This document shows, piece after piece, positions 39,668-49,030 of a stretch of DNA of 64,000 bases. The notes beneath the pieces are model-generated. The model made no database searches. It was given only the letters and a program-made list of their open reading frames with translations, and was not told the DNA's origin. The position numbers and the translations under genes were made by a program. Within the stretch, counting starts at the first letter, position 1, and every line of letters starts with the position of its first letter. Source of the DNA: an uncultured Chloroflexia bacterium (GTDB lineage Bacteria; Chloroflexota; Limnocylindria; Limnocylindrales; CSP1-4); contig CAVSKY010000006.1 in NCBI GenBank assembly GCA_963728745.1, positions 517,015-581,014 of the forward strand. Direction: 5' to 3'.

Positions 39668-40684
39668 AGCGTGGCCAGCGACGGTCCGTCCCGCGACCCC
39701 CGACTCCAGCTTCCCGCCGCGATCGAGGCGGCCACGGCCGACGATCTCGATACCGCGCTGACGGGGATCCTTGCCACGGGCGTCGCAGCACTCGGTCCAG
39801 CCACTGCCGCGATCGTCCTGACCGATCCGGATCGGGCGGGATTGCAGCTTGCCGCCTCGGTGGGGCTCGACGAGCCGGCGGCCGCACTGCTCGCGGGGGC
39901 TGCCCAGAATGAGGCGCATCCGCTCGCCAGCGTAGCTGCCAGCCGGACCGCCGCGTATGACCAGGAGTCCGCGGATACGGATGGAACGCCAGCCGTTGGT
40001 GTCTACGTGCCGTTGCTGGTGAGCAGTGGCGGTGTCGAGACCGTCCTCGGCACGCTTGGGATGACATGGTCAGCGCCGCACACAACCTCGGCGGAGGACC
40101 GGAGCGTCATCGGATCGCTGGCGTCGCTCGCGGCGCTCGCCACCGATCGCGCCCGACAGGCATCCTCCACCGCGGAGCGCTCGGAATGGTTCGAGCGGCT
40201 GGCCCACACCGACCCGCTGACCGGCATCGCCAACGAGCGGACTGTCGCCCGGGTCCTGGAGCTCGAGCTTGCGCGTGCCGGGCGCCAGGGCGGCGAGGTG
40301 TCCCTGGCCCTCTTCGATATCGACGACTTCCGCTCCGCCAACGCGAGCGACGGTCACCAGGTCGGCGACGATATCCTCCGCCGCGTCGCCGCTGTCCTGG
40401 CCGAGTCGGTCCGGCTCGTCGATACGGTGGGCCGGATCGGCGGCGACGAGTTCGTGCTCGTGGCCCCGGGCGCCGCGGGCGCGGTCGTGGCGAGGCGCGT
40501 CCAGGAAGGCATCGCCGCACTGCCGGCTGTCGCCGGCCGGGCGGTCAGCGTGTCGGCGGGCGTCGCCCGGTTCCCCGAGGACGGGGCGGACGCGGAGTCG
40601 CTGATCGCGGCTGCGACCGACGCCCTGACGCGGGCCAAGGACGCGGGCAGCGGATCCGTCGCCGGGGCGAACTCAGGCGCCTGA
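39668..40684 (+). CDS. GAF domain-containing diguanylate cyclase (GGDEF)
   Basis: GGDEF active site RIGGDEFVLV and I-site-like RxxD context, with an N-terminal GAF-like domain. Start taken as GTG at ~39668, 6 nt after an AGGAGA Shine-Dalgarno. The ORF-track call 39137 runs antisense through darA. Confidence 0.8.
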   Translation, partial: SVASDGPSRDPRLQLPAAIEAATADDLDTALTGILATGVAALGPATAAIVLTDPDRAGLQLAASVGLDEPAAALLAGAAQNEAHPLASVAASRTAAYDQESADTDGTPAVGVYVPLLVSSGGVETVLGTLGMTWSAPHTTSAEDRSVIGSLASLAALATDRARQASSTAERSEWFERLAHTDPLTGIANERTVARVLELELARAGRQGGEVSLALFDIDDFRSANASDGHQVGDDILRRVAAVLAESVRLVDTVGRIGGDEFVLVAPGAAGAVVARRVQEGIAALPAVAGRAVSVSAGVARFPEDGADAESLIAAATDALTRAKDAGSGSVAGANSGA

Positions 40685-40712
40685 CGCCGCGCTGTCGCTG
40701 GCTGACCCGGCG

Positions 40713-41534
40713 TCAGCCGGCCGAGGTCGTCCCCACCGACACCGGCGTGCTCGACGGCGCCGTCGCGCCGCGCTGTGGCTCACGGGTGAGAGCGAGCACG
40801 ATGCCGGGCTCCGTCGGTAGGCCAGCCGCCTCGAGATAGCCGACACCGTTCGAGCCGACCTGGAACCCGCCGAGCGGGACCGGCGGCTGGTCGCCGACGA
40901 TGACCCACGCCTCGTACACCTCGGTCCCCGTGGTCGGCGCGAGGTCGCGCATCGCGATGCGCATCGCGCCGTCGCTGGTCACGGCCGCCAGGCCGGCTGG
41001 GCCGTCCGCATCGCTGCGCATGACCGCCGTCAACGCATCCTCGCGTGACGCGGCATCAAGGACCGCCGCGACCTGGCGCTCATAGACCTGCGCGTCGGTC
41101 AGCTGCGACTGGAGGGACAGGTTCCAAGCGCCCAGCAGCGAGATCGCGAGTACGGCCGCGATGCCGAGCGCCCACGACAGGCCGAACTGGCGGCGATCGC
41201 GCGGGATCGCCGAGGGACGTGTCGGAGCGACGGGAGCCGGTGCAGCCAGATCCGCTCGCTGGGAGTCCTGGCGGCGCGCCTCGAGATCGGCCGCGGCGGC
41301 CGCCATGATGCGGTCCTTCAAGGCCGGCGGCGGAGCGATCGGCTGCACGGCCGCCTGGAGCACGGGCACGACGCCGGCCAGCTCGGCGATCTCCGGGTGC
41401 GGTTCGCGACAGGACGCGAGGTGCTCGCGGACCGCCGCCATCTCGGCGTCATCGAGCGCGCCCAGCACGAACGACGCGGCGAGGTCAAGCACCTCGTCGT
41501 GCGTCAGCTCGGCGGGACGGCGCTGATCGGTCAT
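40713..41534 (-). CDS. Anti-sigma factor, RskA-like (zinc-binding anti-sigma N-domain, single TM, extracytoplasmic C-domain)
   Basis: N-terminal …LGALDDAEMAAVREHLASC… motif, a central TM segment LSWALGIAAVLAISLLGAW, and position directly downstream of an ECF sigma gene with 4-nt overlap. Confidence 0.7.
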   Translation of the reverse strand: MTDQRRPAELTHDEVLDLAASFVLGALDDAEMAAVREHLASCREPHPEIAELAGVVPVLQAAVQPIAPPPALKDRIMAAAAADLEARRQDSQRADLAAPAPVAPTRPSAIPRDRRQFGLSWALGIAAVLAISLLGAWNLSLQSQLTDAQVYERQVAAVLDAASREDALTAVMRSDADGPAGLAAVTSDGAMRIAMRDLAPTTGTEVYEAWVIVGDQPPVPLGGFQVGSNGVGYLEAAGLPTEPGIVLALTREPQRGATAPSSTPVSVGTTSAG

Positions 41535-42118
41535 GGCGACAGCACCCGGCGCATGGCGAGCAGCCCCAGGCGCATCCGGCTCTTGACGGTCCCGAGGGGC
41601 GTGCCGGTCCGATCGGCGATCTCGACCTGGGTCAGCCCGCCGAAGTAGGCGAGCTCGATCGCTTCACGCTGGACATCGGTCAGCGACGCGAGCGCCGCAC
41701 GCACCTCGGCGGCGTCGAGGCTGGCCGAGACGTCAGCCCAGACATCGGGCAGGCGCAGTGCAGCCGGCGGTGCATCCGTGCTCTCGGGCAGGTCGACGGT
41801 GGCACGCCGGCGCCGGACTGCATCGATCGCCCGGTGGTGGACGATCGACAACAGCCATGTCTTGACGCTGCCTCGCCCCTCCACGTACCGCGCCGCGTTG
41901 CGCCACGCCCCCAGGAACGCGTCCTGGACGACGTCCTCCGCAAGCGTGGCGTCGTTCGTGATCCGATAGGCGATCGAATAGGCCATGGTCTTGTAACGCT
42001 CGTACAGGTCGTCGAGCGCCCCGAGTTCGCCGCGGGCGATCCGCTCCAATGCCGCACGGTCCGCGTCGTCGGTGACGGTCGCCACGCGGAGTGGAAGCGG
42101 GCCCTTTGACTCGCTCAT
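41531..42118 (-). CDS. ECF (sigma-70 region 2/4) RNA polymerase sigma factor, SigK-like
   Basis: Region 2 (…DVVQDAFLGAWRNAARY…) and region 4 (…LTDVQREAIELAYFGGLTQVEIADRTGTPLGTVKSRMRLGL). Confidence 0.85.
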   Translation of the reverse strand: MSESKGPLPLRVATVTDDADRAALERIARGELGALDDLYERYKTMAYSIAYRITNDATLAEDVVQDAFLGAWRNAARYVEGRGSVKTWLLSIVHHRAIDAVRRRRATVDLPESTDAPPAALRLPDVWADVSASLDAAEVRAALASLTDVQREAIELAYFGGLTQVEIADRTGTPLGTVKSRMRLGLLAMRRVLSP

Positions 42119-42804
42119 CGTGTACTGCGCACGGGAGGCCCGGACGGTTCACCGATGATCGATCGGCGGTCCACCGCGTCCGCGACCGCGGCGCTCACAT
42201 CGTCGACCGAGCCCGTCGCATCGATGACCACGACGCGGCCAGGTTCGGCAGCGGCGATCGCGAGGAACCCGTCGCGGACCCGTCGATGGAAGGCCAGGTC
42301 GTACTCCGCTTCGAACCGGGTCACGTCGCCCGGAGCCTTGCGTGCGAGCCCGACCTCGACGGGGAGGTCCAGCACGATCGTGAGGTCGGGATGCAGCTCG
42401 TCGGTCGCCGTCTCCGCGAGCGCACGCAATCGGGCGATATCGACGCCGGCACCGTGGCCCTGGTAGGCCAGGGTCGAATCCGTGTATCTGGCGCACACGA
42501 CGGTCGTGCCGGCTTCGATCGATGGTCGGATGACCTCGCGGACGAGCTGGCGACGCGCGGCGTTGAACAACAGCGCATCGGCCAGCGGATCGGTCGGTGC
42601 AGTCGAACCGGTGCGTTCGAGCAGCAGCTCGCGGATGCGCTCACCCAGCCATGTGCCACCGGGCTCGCGCGTGAGATGGGTGGAGATGCCCCGATCGACT
42701 AGATGGGCAGCGAGTCGCTTGGCCTGCGTCGTCTTGCCGCCACCCTCAGGGCCGTCGATCGTGATGAACGACCCCCGCTGGGCGCCGGCATCGGCTCGAA
42801 CCAT
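42115..42804 (-). CDS. tmk: Thymidylate kinase
   Basis: P-loop FITIDGPEGGGKTTQ, DRY-like ARYTDS and the LID region. Start MVRADAG at ~42804 (ORF-track 42999). Confidence 0.85.
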   Translation of the reverse strand: MVRADAGAQRGSFITIDGPEGGGKTTQAKRLAAHLVDRGISTHLTREPGGTWLGERIRELLLERTGSTAPTDPLADALLFNAARRQLVREVIRPSIEAGTTVVCARYTDSTLAYQGHGAGVDIARLRALAETATDELHPDLTIVLDLPVEVGLARKAPGDVTRFEAEYDLAFHRRVRDGFLAIAAAEPGRVVVIDATGSVDDVSAAVADAVDRRSIIGEPSGPPVRSTR

Positions 42805-42880
42805 CGGCGCGAGTGTAGCGCCGACCGAGCCGAGCCGGACGAGCTCATCCGCCGACCTCCGTGGCGCGTACCCTCGGGGC

Positions 42881-44509
42881 ATGGGACGCCCTGGCCGACA
42901 CCTCGCGCGCGCAGCTCTCCCCGTCGTCGTGGCGATCGGGCTGGTCGCGGCCGTCCCCTCGATCGTACTGGCGCACCCGCTCGGCAACTTCACGATCAAC
43001 CACTACGCCGGCATCCGGGTCGAGCCGGGTCGAGTATCGCTGGACGTCGTCATCGATCATGCCGAGGTCCCCGCCTTCCAGGCGCGGCAGGACATCGACC
43101 TCGATCTCGATGGCTCCGTGTCCGATGCGGAACTGGAGGACGCGCGCACGCCCGCGTGCGAGGCGATCGCCGATGACCTGCGGCTGTCGGTCTCGGGTGT
43201 CGACGCGGAGCTGCGTGTGCTAGAGGCCGGCCTTTCGTTCCCGCTGGGGGCGGGCGGCCTGTCGACGATGCGCCAGGTCTGCGCGTTCGAGGCGCTGCTC
43301 GATCCGCCGATCGGCGGCGACCCCGTGACCATCTCGTTCGCCGACGTCTCGTACGCCGAGCGACTCGGCTGGCGCGAGATCGTCGCCGAGGGATCGGGCG
43401 TGACGCTGCGCGCAGTCGACGGCGAGCTGCGTGGCGCCGGCGTATCCGACCGGCTGCGGGCCTACCCGGAGGATCGGCTGGCCACGCCGTTGTCGGACGA
43501 CGCGCTGACGATCGAGGCGACGGCCGGCGGTCCGACGCTCGGCCCATTCGATGTCGCCGATGCCCAGCCGGTCGCGGGGGCGGCACCGAGCGTAGCGCCG
43601 TCCCCGTCGGGCGCACCCTCACCCCCGCCCGGACCAGCGGCCAGTCCGGCACCCGGCGTCGTTCCGGGAGGGATCGGTGGCGCTGAGCTGCCGACGATCT
43701 TCCGGGAGGCCGACCTGACCCCGCTGGTGCTGCTCGTGTCGCTGCTCACGGCCGCGGCCCTCGGCGCGGGGCACGCCCTCACGCCTGGTCACGGCAAGAC
43801 ATTGATGGCGGCCTACCTGGTCGGCACCAGGGGATCCGCTCGCCACGCGCTGGGCCTCGGCATCTCGGTCAGCGTCTCGCACACGGCCGGGATCCTTGCG
43901 CTGGCGGCCATCGTCGTCGGCGCCGCAGACGTCCTGCCGCCCGACGTCGTCGTCCGCTGGGCGCCACTGGTCGCGGCGGGATCGATCGTCGCGATCGGCG
44001 GCTGGATGCTGGCCGGCGAGATCCGCCGCCGGAAATTGGCCCGTGACAACCATGCGCATGCGGACGAGCACGGGCACGACCACGCCGGCGAGCACGGGCA
44101 CGCCCATGGGCATCCACACGGCCACGATCACGGGCATGGGCATGCGCATCCTCACCCCGATGCGCCGACGCCGGGCTCGACCATCACGTGGCGGAGCCTG
44201 TTCCTGCTCGGGCTCGCGGGTGGCCTCATCCCATCGACGAGCGCGCTGCTCATCCTGCTCGGCGCCATTGCTGCCGGTAGGCCGGCGTTCGGGTTCATCC
44301 TGGTCGTCGCATTCGGGCTTGGCATGGCGGCCGTCATGAGCGGCGTCGGGCTGGCGCTCGTGGCAGCCCGCGATCGGTTCGACCGGATCCAGGTCGATGG
44401 CGGGCTGGCCCGCATCCGCGAGGCGGTGCCCCTCGCCGCGGCCGTCGTCGTGTTCGGCTTCGGCGTGGTCCTGACCGCCCAGGCGATCTCCGCGGCGCCC
44501 TTCGGCTGA
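42881..44509 (+). CDS. NicO/RcnA-family Ni/Co transporter-like membrane protein fused to an N-terminal ~270-aa extracytoplasmic domain; His-rich loop
   Basis: Signal/anchor MGRPGRHLARAALPVVVAIGLVAAV. Membrane domain with the LTPGHGKT motif and the loop HAHADEHGHDHAGEHGHAHGHPHGHDHGHGHAHPHPD. The ORF-track call (42482) has 133 antisense residues. Confidence 0.65.
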   Translation: MGRPGRHLARAALPVVVAIGLVAAVPSIVLAHPLGNFTINHYAGIRVEPGRVSLDVVIDHAEVPAFQARQDIDLDLDGSVSDAELEDARTPACEAIADDLRLSVSGVDAELRVLEAGLSFPLGAGGLSTMRQVCAFEALLDPPIGGDPVTISFADVSYAERLGWREIVAEGSGVTLRAVDGELRGAGVSDRLRAYPEDRLATPLSDDALTIEATAGGPTLGPFDVADAQPVAGAAPSVAPSPSGAPSPPPGPAASPAPGVVPGGIGGAELPTIFREADLTPLVLLVSLLTAAALGAGHALTPGHGKTLMAAYLVGTRGSARHALGLGISVSVSHTAGILALAAIVVGAADVLPPDVVVRWAPLVAAGSIVAIGGWMLAGEIRRRKLARDNHAHADEHGHDHAGEHGHAHGHPHGHDHGHGHAHPHPDAPTPGSTITWRSLFLLGLAGGLIPSTSALLILLGAIAAGRPAFGFILVVAFGLGMAAVMSGVGLALVAARDRFDRIQVDGGLARIREAVPLAAAVVVFGFGVVLTAQAISAAPFG

Positions 44510-44577
44510 GGCCCAACCGTATACGGCATCCGCCCGAGTGCCGCCCCTCCCACCCGCTGCTAGGCTGGGCGGTCCTG

Positions 44578-46026
44578 ATGCGAGACCTGACCGAGCGCGC
44601 CCTCGATACCGCCACGTCCCTCGGCGCCGGATACGCCGACACCAGGGTCGTCCGCCGCCTCGATGAATCGATCGCGATCAAGACCGGCCGCGTCGAGGGC
44701 GTCGCCTCGAACGAGAGCGAGGGCTTCGGCGTCCGCGTGATCGTCGACGGTGCGTGGGGCTTCGCGAGCAGCCACGTGCTTGACCTCGCGGAGGCCGATC
44801 GGGTCGCCGCCGCGGCGGTGCGCATCGCCCGCGCCAGCGCCACGGCTTTGCGCGAGCCGGCGGATCTCGCGCCGCGCCCGCCTGCGCGCGGCAGCTACGA
44901 GACCCCGCTCGAGGAGGATCCGTTCAGCGTCCCGCTCGAGCGCAAGATCGCCGACCTCCTCGCCGCGGACCATGCCGCCGCGCGCGTGAAGGGCATCGCC
45001 TTCACCGAATCGATGTACGCGGCCCAGCGCGAATCGAAGACATTCGCCGCGACCGACGGGTCGTACATCGAGCAGACGATCACCCACGTCGGCTCGGCGG
45101 TCGAGGCCAACGCGGTCGACGGTGATGAGCATCAGCGCCGGTCATACCCCGACTCCGGCGGCGGTTGGGGAGCGGCGGGCTACGAGTACATCCGCGCCCT
45201 CCGCTTGGCCGATCGGGCCGAACCGCTTGCCGAGGAGGCCGTGGCGCTGCTGACCGCCCCGCAATGCCCCAGCGGGCGGTTCACGCTCGTGCTCGATCCC
45301 TCGCAGCTCTATCTCCAGGTCCACGAGAGCTGCGGCCACCCGACCGAGCTCGACCGCGTCTTCGGGACCGAGGCGTCGTACGCCGGGACGAGCTTCCTTA
45401 CGACCGACAAGTTGGCCGACGGCTTCCGCTACGGCTCGGATCTCGTGACGATCGTCGCGGATGCCACGGCGCCCGGCGGCATGGGCACCTTCGGCTGGGA
45501 CGACGAGGGGGTCGCTGCCCAGGCCGTCCCGCTCGTCCAGGACGGGGCGTTCGTCGGCTACCTCAGCAGCCGCGAGACGGCGCCACGCATCGGGCGGGCC
45601 AGCGGCGGCGCGATGCGCGCGGATGGCTGGAACCGGATCCCGCTGATCAGGATGACCAACATCAACCTGTTGCCCCGTCCCGGCATGAGCCTCGATGACA
45701 TCGTGGCCGACACCGACGACGGCTTGTACCTGGCTTCGAACCGCTCGTGGTCGATCGACGATCGGCGGCTGAACTTCCAGTTTGCCACCGAGGTGGCGTA
45801 CGAGATCAAAGGCGGCAAGAAGGGGCGGCTATTCAAGAACCCCACGTACACCGGCATCACCTACGAGTTCTGGAGATCCTGCGACGCCGTCGGCGACGAA
45901 CGGAGCTACGTGATGCTCGGCACGCCGAACTGCGGCAAAGGCGAACCCGGTCAGACGGGCCACGTGGGTCACGCCGTGCCCGGTGCACGCTTCCGCGACG
46001 TGCAGGTCGGAGTCGGCAAGTGGTGA
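44578..46026 (+). CDS. tldD: Metalloprotease TldD (peptidase U62)
   Basis: HESCGHPTE zinc motif and full-length U62 architecture. Confidence 0.85.
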   Translation: MRDLTERALDTATSLGAGYADTRVVRRLDESIAIKTGRVEGVASNESEGFGVRVIVDGAWGFASSHVLDLAEADRVAAAAVRIARASATALREPADLAPRPPARGSYETPLEEDPFSVPLERKIADLLAADHAAARVKGIAFTESMYAAQRESKTFAATDGSYIEQTITHVGSAVEANAVDGDEHQRRSYPDSGGGWGAAGYEYIRALRLADRAEPLAEEAVALLTAPQCPSGRFTLVLDPSQLYLQVHESCGHPTELDRVFGTEASYAGTSFLTTDKLADGFRYGSDLVTIVADATAPGGMGTFGWDDEGVAAQAVPLVQDGAFVGYLSSRETAPRIGRASGGAMRADGWNRIPLIRMTNINLLPRPGMSLDDIVADTDDGLYLASNRSWSIDDRRLNFQFATEVAYEIKGGKKGRLFKNPTYTGITYEFWRSCDAVGDERSYVMLGTPNCGKGEPGQTGHVGHAVPGARFRDVQVGVGKW

Positions 46027-46048
46027 GCGCTCCCGGAGTGACCGCCCA

Positions 46049-47401
46049 GTGAACGACGAGCGGGCACGCGACGCACTGGACCTGGCGGAACGGGCGCTGG
46101 GGTACGCCGATGCCGAGGGCGCGACCGAGGCCGAGGCGCTGGTCCTGGCCGAGGACGCGTCGCTCACCAGGTTCGCGAACAACCAGATCCACCAGAACGT
46201 GGCCGAGACGAATGTCACCGTCAATCTGCGCTTCGTCGTCGGGAAGCGCGTCGGCGTGGCCTCCTCCGGGCGCACCGACGACGAAGGGCTGCGACGGCTC
46301 GCCTCGAACGCTGGCGCGATCGCGCGGGTGGTCGAGGAGTTGGCGGATTGGGCCGGGCTGCCGTCGCCGACCCCGGTCGACGCGGTCGACGCTGCCTATG
46401 CCCCAGCGACGGCCGACGCCTCACCCGAGCTCCGCGCGGCGGGTGTGCGTGCGGTGATCGCCGGTGCCGACGCCGCGGGCGTGAACGCGTACGGGTCGTT
46501 CTCCACCGGGACCGAGACGACGGCCGTGGCAAACAGCAAGGGCATCCGCGTCGGCGGGACACGAACGGTGGCGCAGCTCCTGACGGTATCGATGGGGCCT
46601 GACGGTGGGAGCGGCTATGCGGAGCAGGCGGCGGTCGACGCCACGACGATCGACGCCGAAGCGCTCGGACGAGAAGCCGCCGAGAAGTCGCGCGCGACCG
46701 CGAACGCGGTCGCCATCGATGCCGGCGACTACCCCGTCGTCCTCGAGGAGTACGCGGTCGTCGACCTGCTCGACATGCTCGGCTACTTGGGGTTCTCGGC
46801 GCTGGCAGTCCAGGAGGAGCGGAGCTTCGTCGAGATCGGGCGGACGATCGGCAGCGACCTCGTGTCGATCGTGGACGACGGCCACGACGCAGGCGGCTTG
46901 CCGATGGCGTTCGATTACGAGGGCGTGCCCAAGCACCGCGTCACGCTCCTCGAGCGCGGCGTCTGCCGCGGTGTCGTCCACGACGCCCAGACGGCAGCGC
47001 GCGACCGCGTGACCTCGACCGGGCACGGGTTGCCCGCCCCGAACCCATGGGGGCCGTTCCCGCTCAACATGGTGATGTCGCCTGGGACGGCGTCGCGCGC
47101 CGATCTGATCGCCGGGCTGGATCGCGGTCTCCTCGTCACGCGCTTCCACTACACCAATCCCGTCCACCCCAAGCTCGCGATCATCACCGGGATGACCCGT
47201 GACGGCACATTCCTCGTCGAGGGCGGAAAGGTCGTCGGTCCGGTCCGCAACCTGCGCTTCACGCAGAGCTACCTCGAGGCATTGGCGTGTACAGTCGAGG
47301 TCGCCCGCGAGCGCAAGACACTCAAGGGCTTCCTCGGAGGGGTCGTGGTCCCGGCGATCCGGCTCGAAGGCTGGACCTTCACGGGAACGACAGAACACTG
47401 A
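46049..47401 (+). CDS. pmbA: TldE/PmbA (peptidase U62 partner subunit)
   Basis: U62 family without the HExxxH motif, positioned directly after tldD. Likely GTG start (VNDERARDALD) at ~46049. Confidence 0.8.
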   Translation: MNDERARDALDLAERALGYADAEGATEAEALVLAEDASLTRFANNQIHQNVAETNVTVNLRFVVGKRVGVASSGRTDDEGLRRLASNAGAIARVVEELADWAGLPSPTPVDAVDAAYAPATADASPELRAAGVRAVIAGADAAGVNAYGSFSTGTETTAVANSKGIRVGGTRTVAQLLTVSMGPDGGSGYAEQAAVDATTIDAEALGREAAEKSRATANAVAIDAGDYPVVLEEYAVVDLLDMLGYLGFSALAVQEERSFVEIGRTIGSDLVSIVDDGHDAGGLPMAFDYEGVPKHRVTLLERGVCRGVVHDAQTAARDRVTSTGHGLPAPNPWGPFPLNMVMSPGTASRADLIAGLDRGLLVTRFHYTNPVHPKLAIITGMTRDGTFLVEGGKVVGPVRNLRFTQSYLEALACTVEVARERKTLKGFLGGVVVPAIRLEGWTFTGTTEH

Positions 47402-49026
47402 TGAGCACGTTGGCAGGCGACTTCTGGGTCTGCGGCGAGTGCCGGTCGATCAACAATGCCGGCGCGAAGCAGTGCTACAACTGCCGGACGCCGAAGGACC
47501 GAGCGGCCGTCGACCCGGAGACGATCGATCCGACGAGTCACGGCAAGCTGCGTGAGGTCGAGCTGCCGCCCTTCCGGGCGTCGCGCGGGATCGCCCTGCT
47601 CGCGACGTTCGGGATCGTCGCGATCGCGGTCATGCAGGCCTACAACACGTTCATCGTGGCCAGCGTGTATCAGTTGCAGATCGACGGGGCGGTCGTCGCA
47701 CCGAACCAGGTCGCGTTCGCGAACACGGTCGGGATCGTGACGGTCGGCATCGCCGCCCTGGCACTCATCGGCTGGTCGCTGTGGCTCAGCCGGGTCGTGA
47801 CGGCGATGCCCGCGCTCGGTCTCGGCTACCCGGCGGCCGATGGCTTCATGGCGTTCGTCGAGAACTTCCTCCCCGGCCTGAACCTGTACCGGGTCCCGGC
47901 CATCGTCCGCGACGTCGTCCACCGTCTCGAACCCGGGACGGTCCGCGGAGAGGCCGTGATCTTCGGTTCGTGGCTGGCCCTGCTCGGCGGCGTGCTCGTC
48001 CCGCGGATCGGTGCGGCCGTGACCGGCACATCACTGCAGTCCGGGCCCGACGCACTGCGCACCTCGATGCTGGTCGCGATCGTCGCGTCGGGCCTCGTCG
48101 CGGTCGGCGCCGCCGGCCTCATCGCGCTGATCTGGTGGGTCGAGGGTCGGATCGAACGGCGACGCGCGGCACAGCTGGCGCAGGCCCCTGAGGCTGGAGG
48201 CGCCGCGCAACCGCCCCAGCCGGCGATTGCCCCGGACGCGGCCGAGCCGGTAGCGATGCGGTCCGCCTTCGCCGCGGCGGGTGCCAACGTGGCCCCGCCG
48301 GCAGCCACGTCACCCTGGGATGTGTCGGCGGCCTCCGCGCCGGCGGCGACGCGGCCGACGCCGCCGTTCAGCCTGCCGAACGTGGCGCCCGCACCACCTC
48401 CCGACGACGTCGTGGACGACGCGTGGGAACAGGTCACTGCGAGGCGGATGGAGGCGGCGCAAGTCACGGCACCGCCGAGCGAGGCGGCCCCGGTCGACGC
48501 ACCGATCGCGGCGCCGCTACCCGAAGAGGTGCCCGAGGCAGTGGCCGAGGACGCGGTGGTCGAGGAGCCGGCGCCCGCGCCTCCTGTCCAAGAAGCGGCG
48601 CCCGCAGAGACGCAGCCGCCGCTGGACGCGCCCTCCGTCGAGGCCCCTCTGCCTGTCGACGCGCTGGCGCCCGCCGAGACGCATTCGGCTGTCGAGACGA
48701 CAGCGCCCGTCGAGACGCCTGATCTCCAGCTCGCCGAGCCGCCCGAGCCGACCCCGCAGCCGGACGCCCCAGCGGCGGCCGCCGAGCCTGGCGGGCCGCC
48801 ACACCTCATGATCAAGGTCGGCGCCAGGGGCATGATCACGGCCGAGGTGGACGGTGAGGCCGAGCACATCATCCTTGACGACCTGACCGCGTACGCGGAC
48901 GCGCTGGCCAAGGTCGATGGCACTGCCGCGATCCACGCACTGACCGACGATCCCATGGCGGGCTTGATCGCCCGGCGGGCGCAGCGCATCCTCGACGACG
49001 CCGGTGTCAAGGTGACGGTCGACTGA
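47401..49026 (+). CDS. Zinc-ribbon / 5-TM membrane protein with long Ala/Pro-rich disordered region and conserved C-terminal domain
   Basis: MSTLAGDFWVCGECRSINNAGAKQCYNCRTP, TM helices, then a ~200-aa PA-rich low-complexity tract, ending PPHLMIKVGARGMITAEVDGEAEHIILDDL… Start overlaps the pmbA stop. Confidence 0.5.
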   Translation: MSTLAGDFWVCGECRSINNAGAKQCYNCRTPKDRAAVDPETIDPTSHGKLREVELPPFRASRGIALLATFGIVAIAVMQAYNTFIVASVYQLQIDGAVVAPNQVAFANTVGIVTVGIAALALIGWSLWLSRVVTAMPALGLGYPAADGFMAFVENFLPGLNLYRVPAIVRDVVHRLEPGTVRGEAVIFGSWLALLGGVLVPRIGAAVTGTSLQSGPDALRTSMLVAIVASGLVAVGAAGLIALIWWVEGRIERRRAAQLAQAPEAGGAAQPPQPAIAPDAAEPVAMRSAFAAAGANVAPPAATSPWDVSAASAPAATRPTPPFSLPNVAPAPPPDDVVDDAWEQVTARRMEAAQVTAPPSEAAPVDAPIAAPLPEEVPEAVAEDAVVEEPAPAPPVQEAAPAETQPPLDAPSVEAPLPVDALAPAETHSAVETTAPVETPDLQLAEPPEPTPQPDAPAAAAEPGGPPHLMIKVGARGMITAEVDGEAEHIILDDLTAYADALAKVDGTAAIHALTDDPMAGLIARRAQRILDDAGVKVTVD

Positions 49027-49030
49027 CCCG

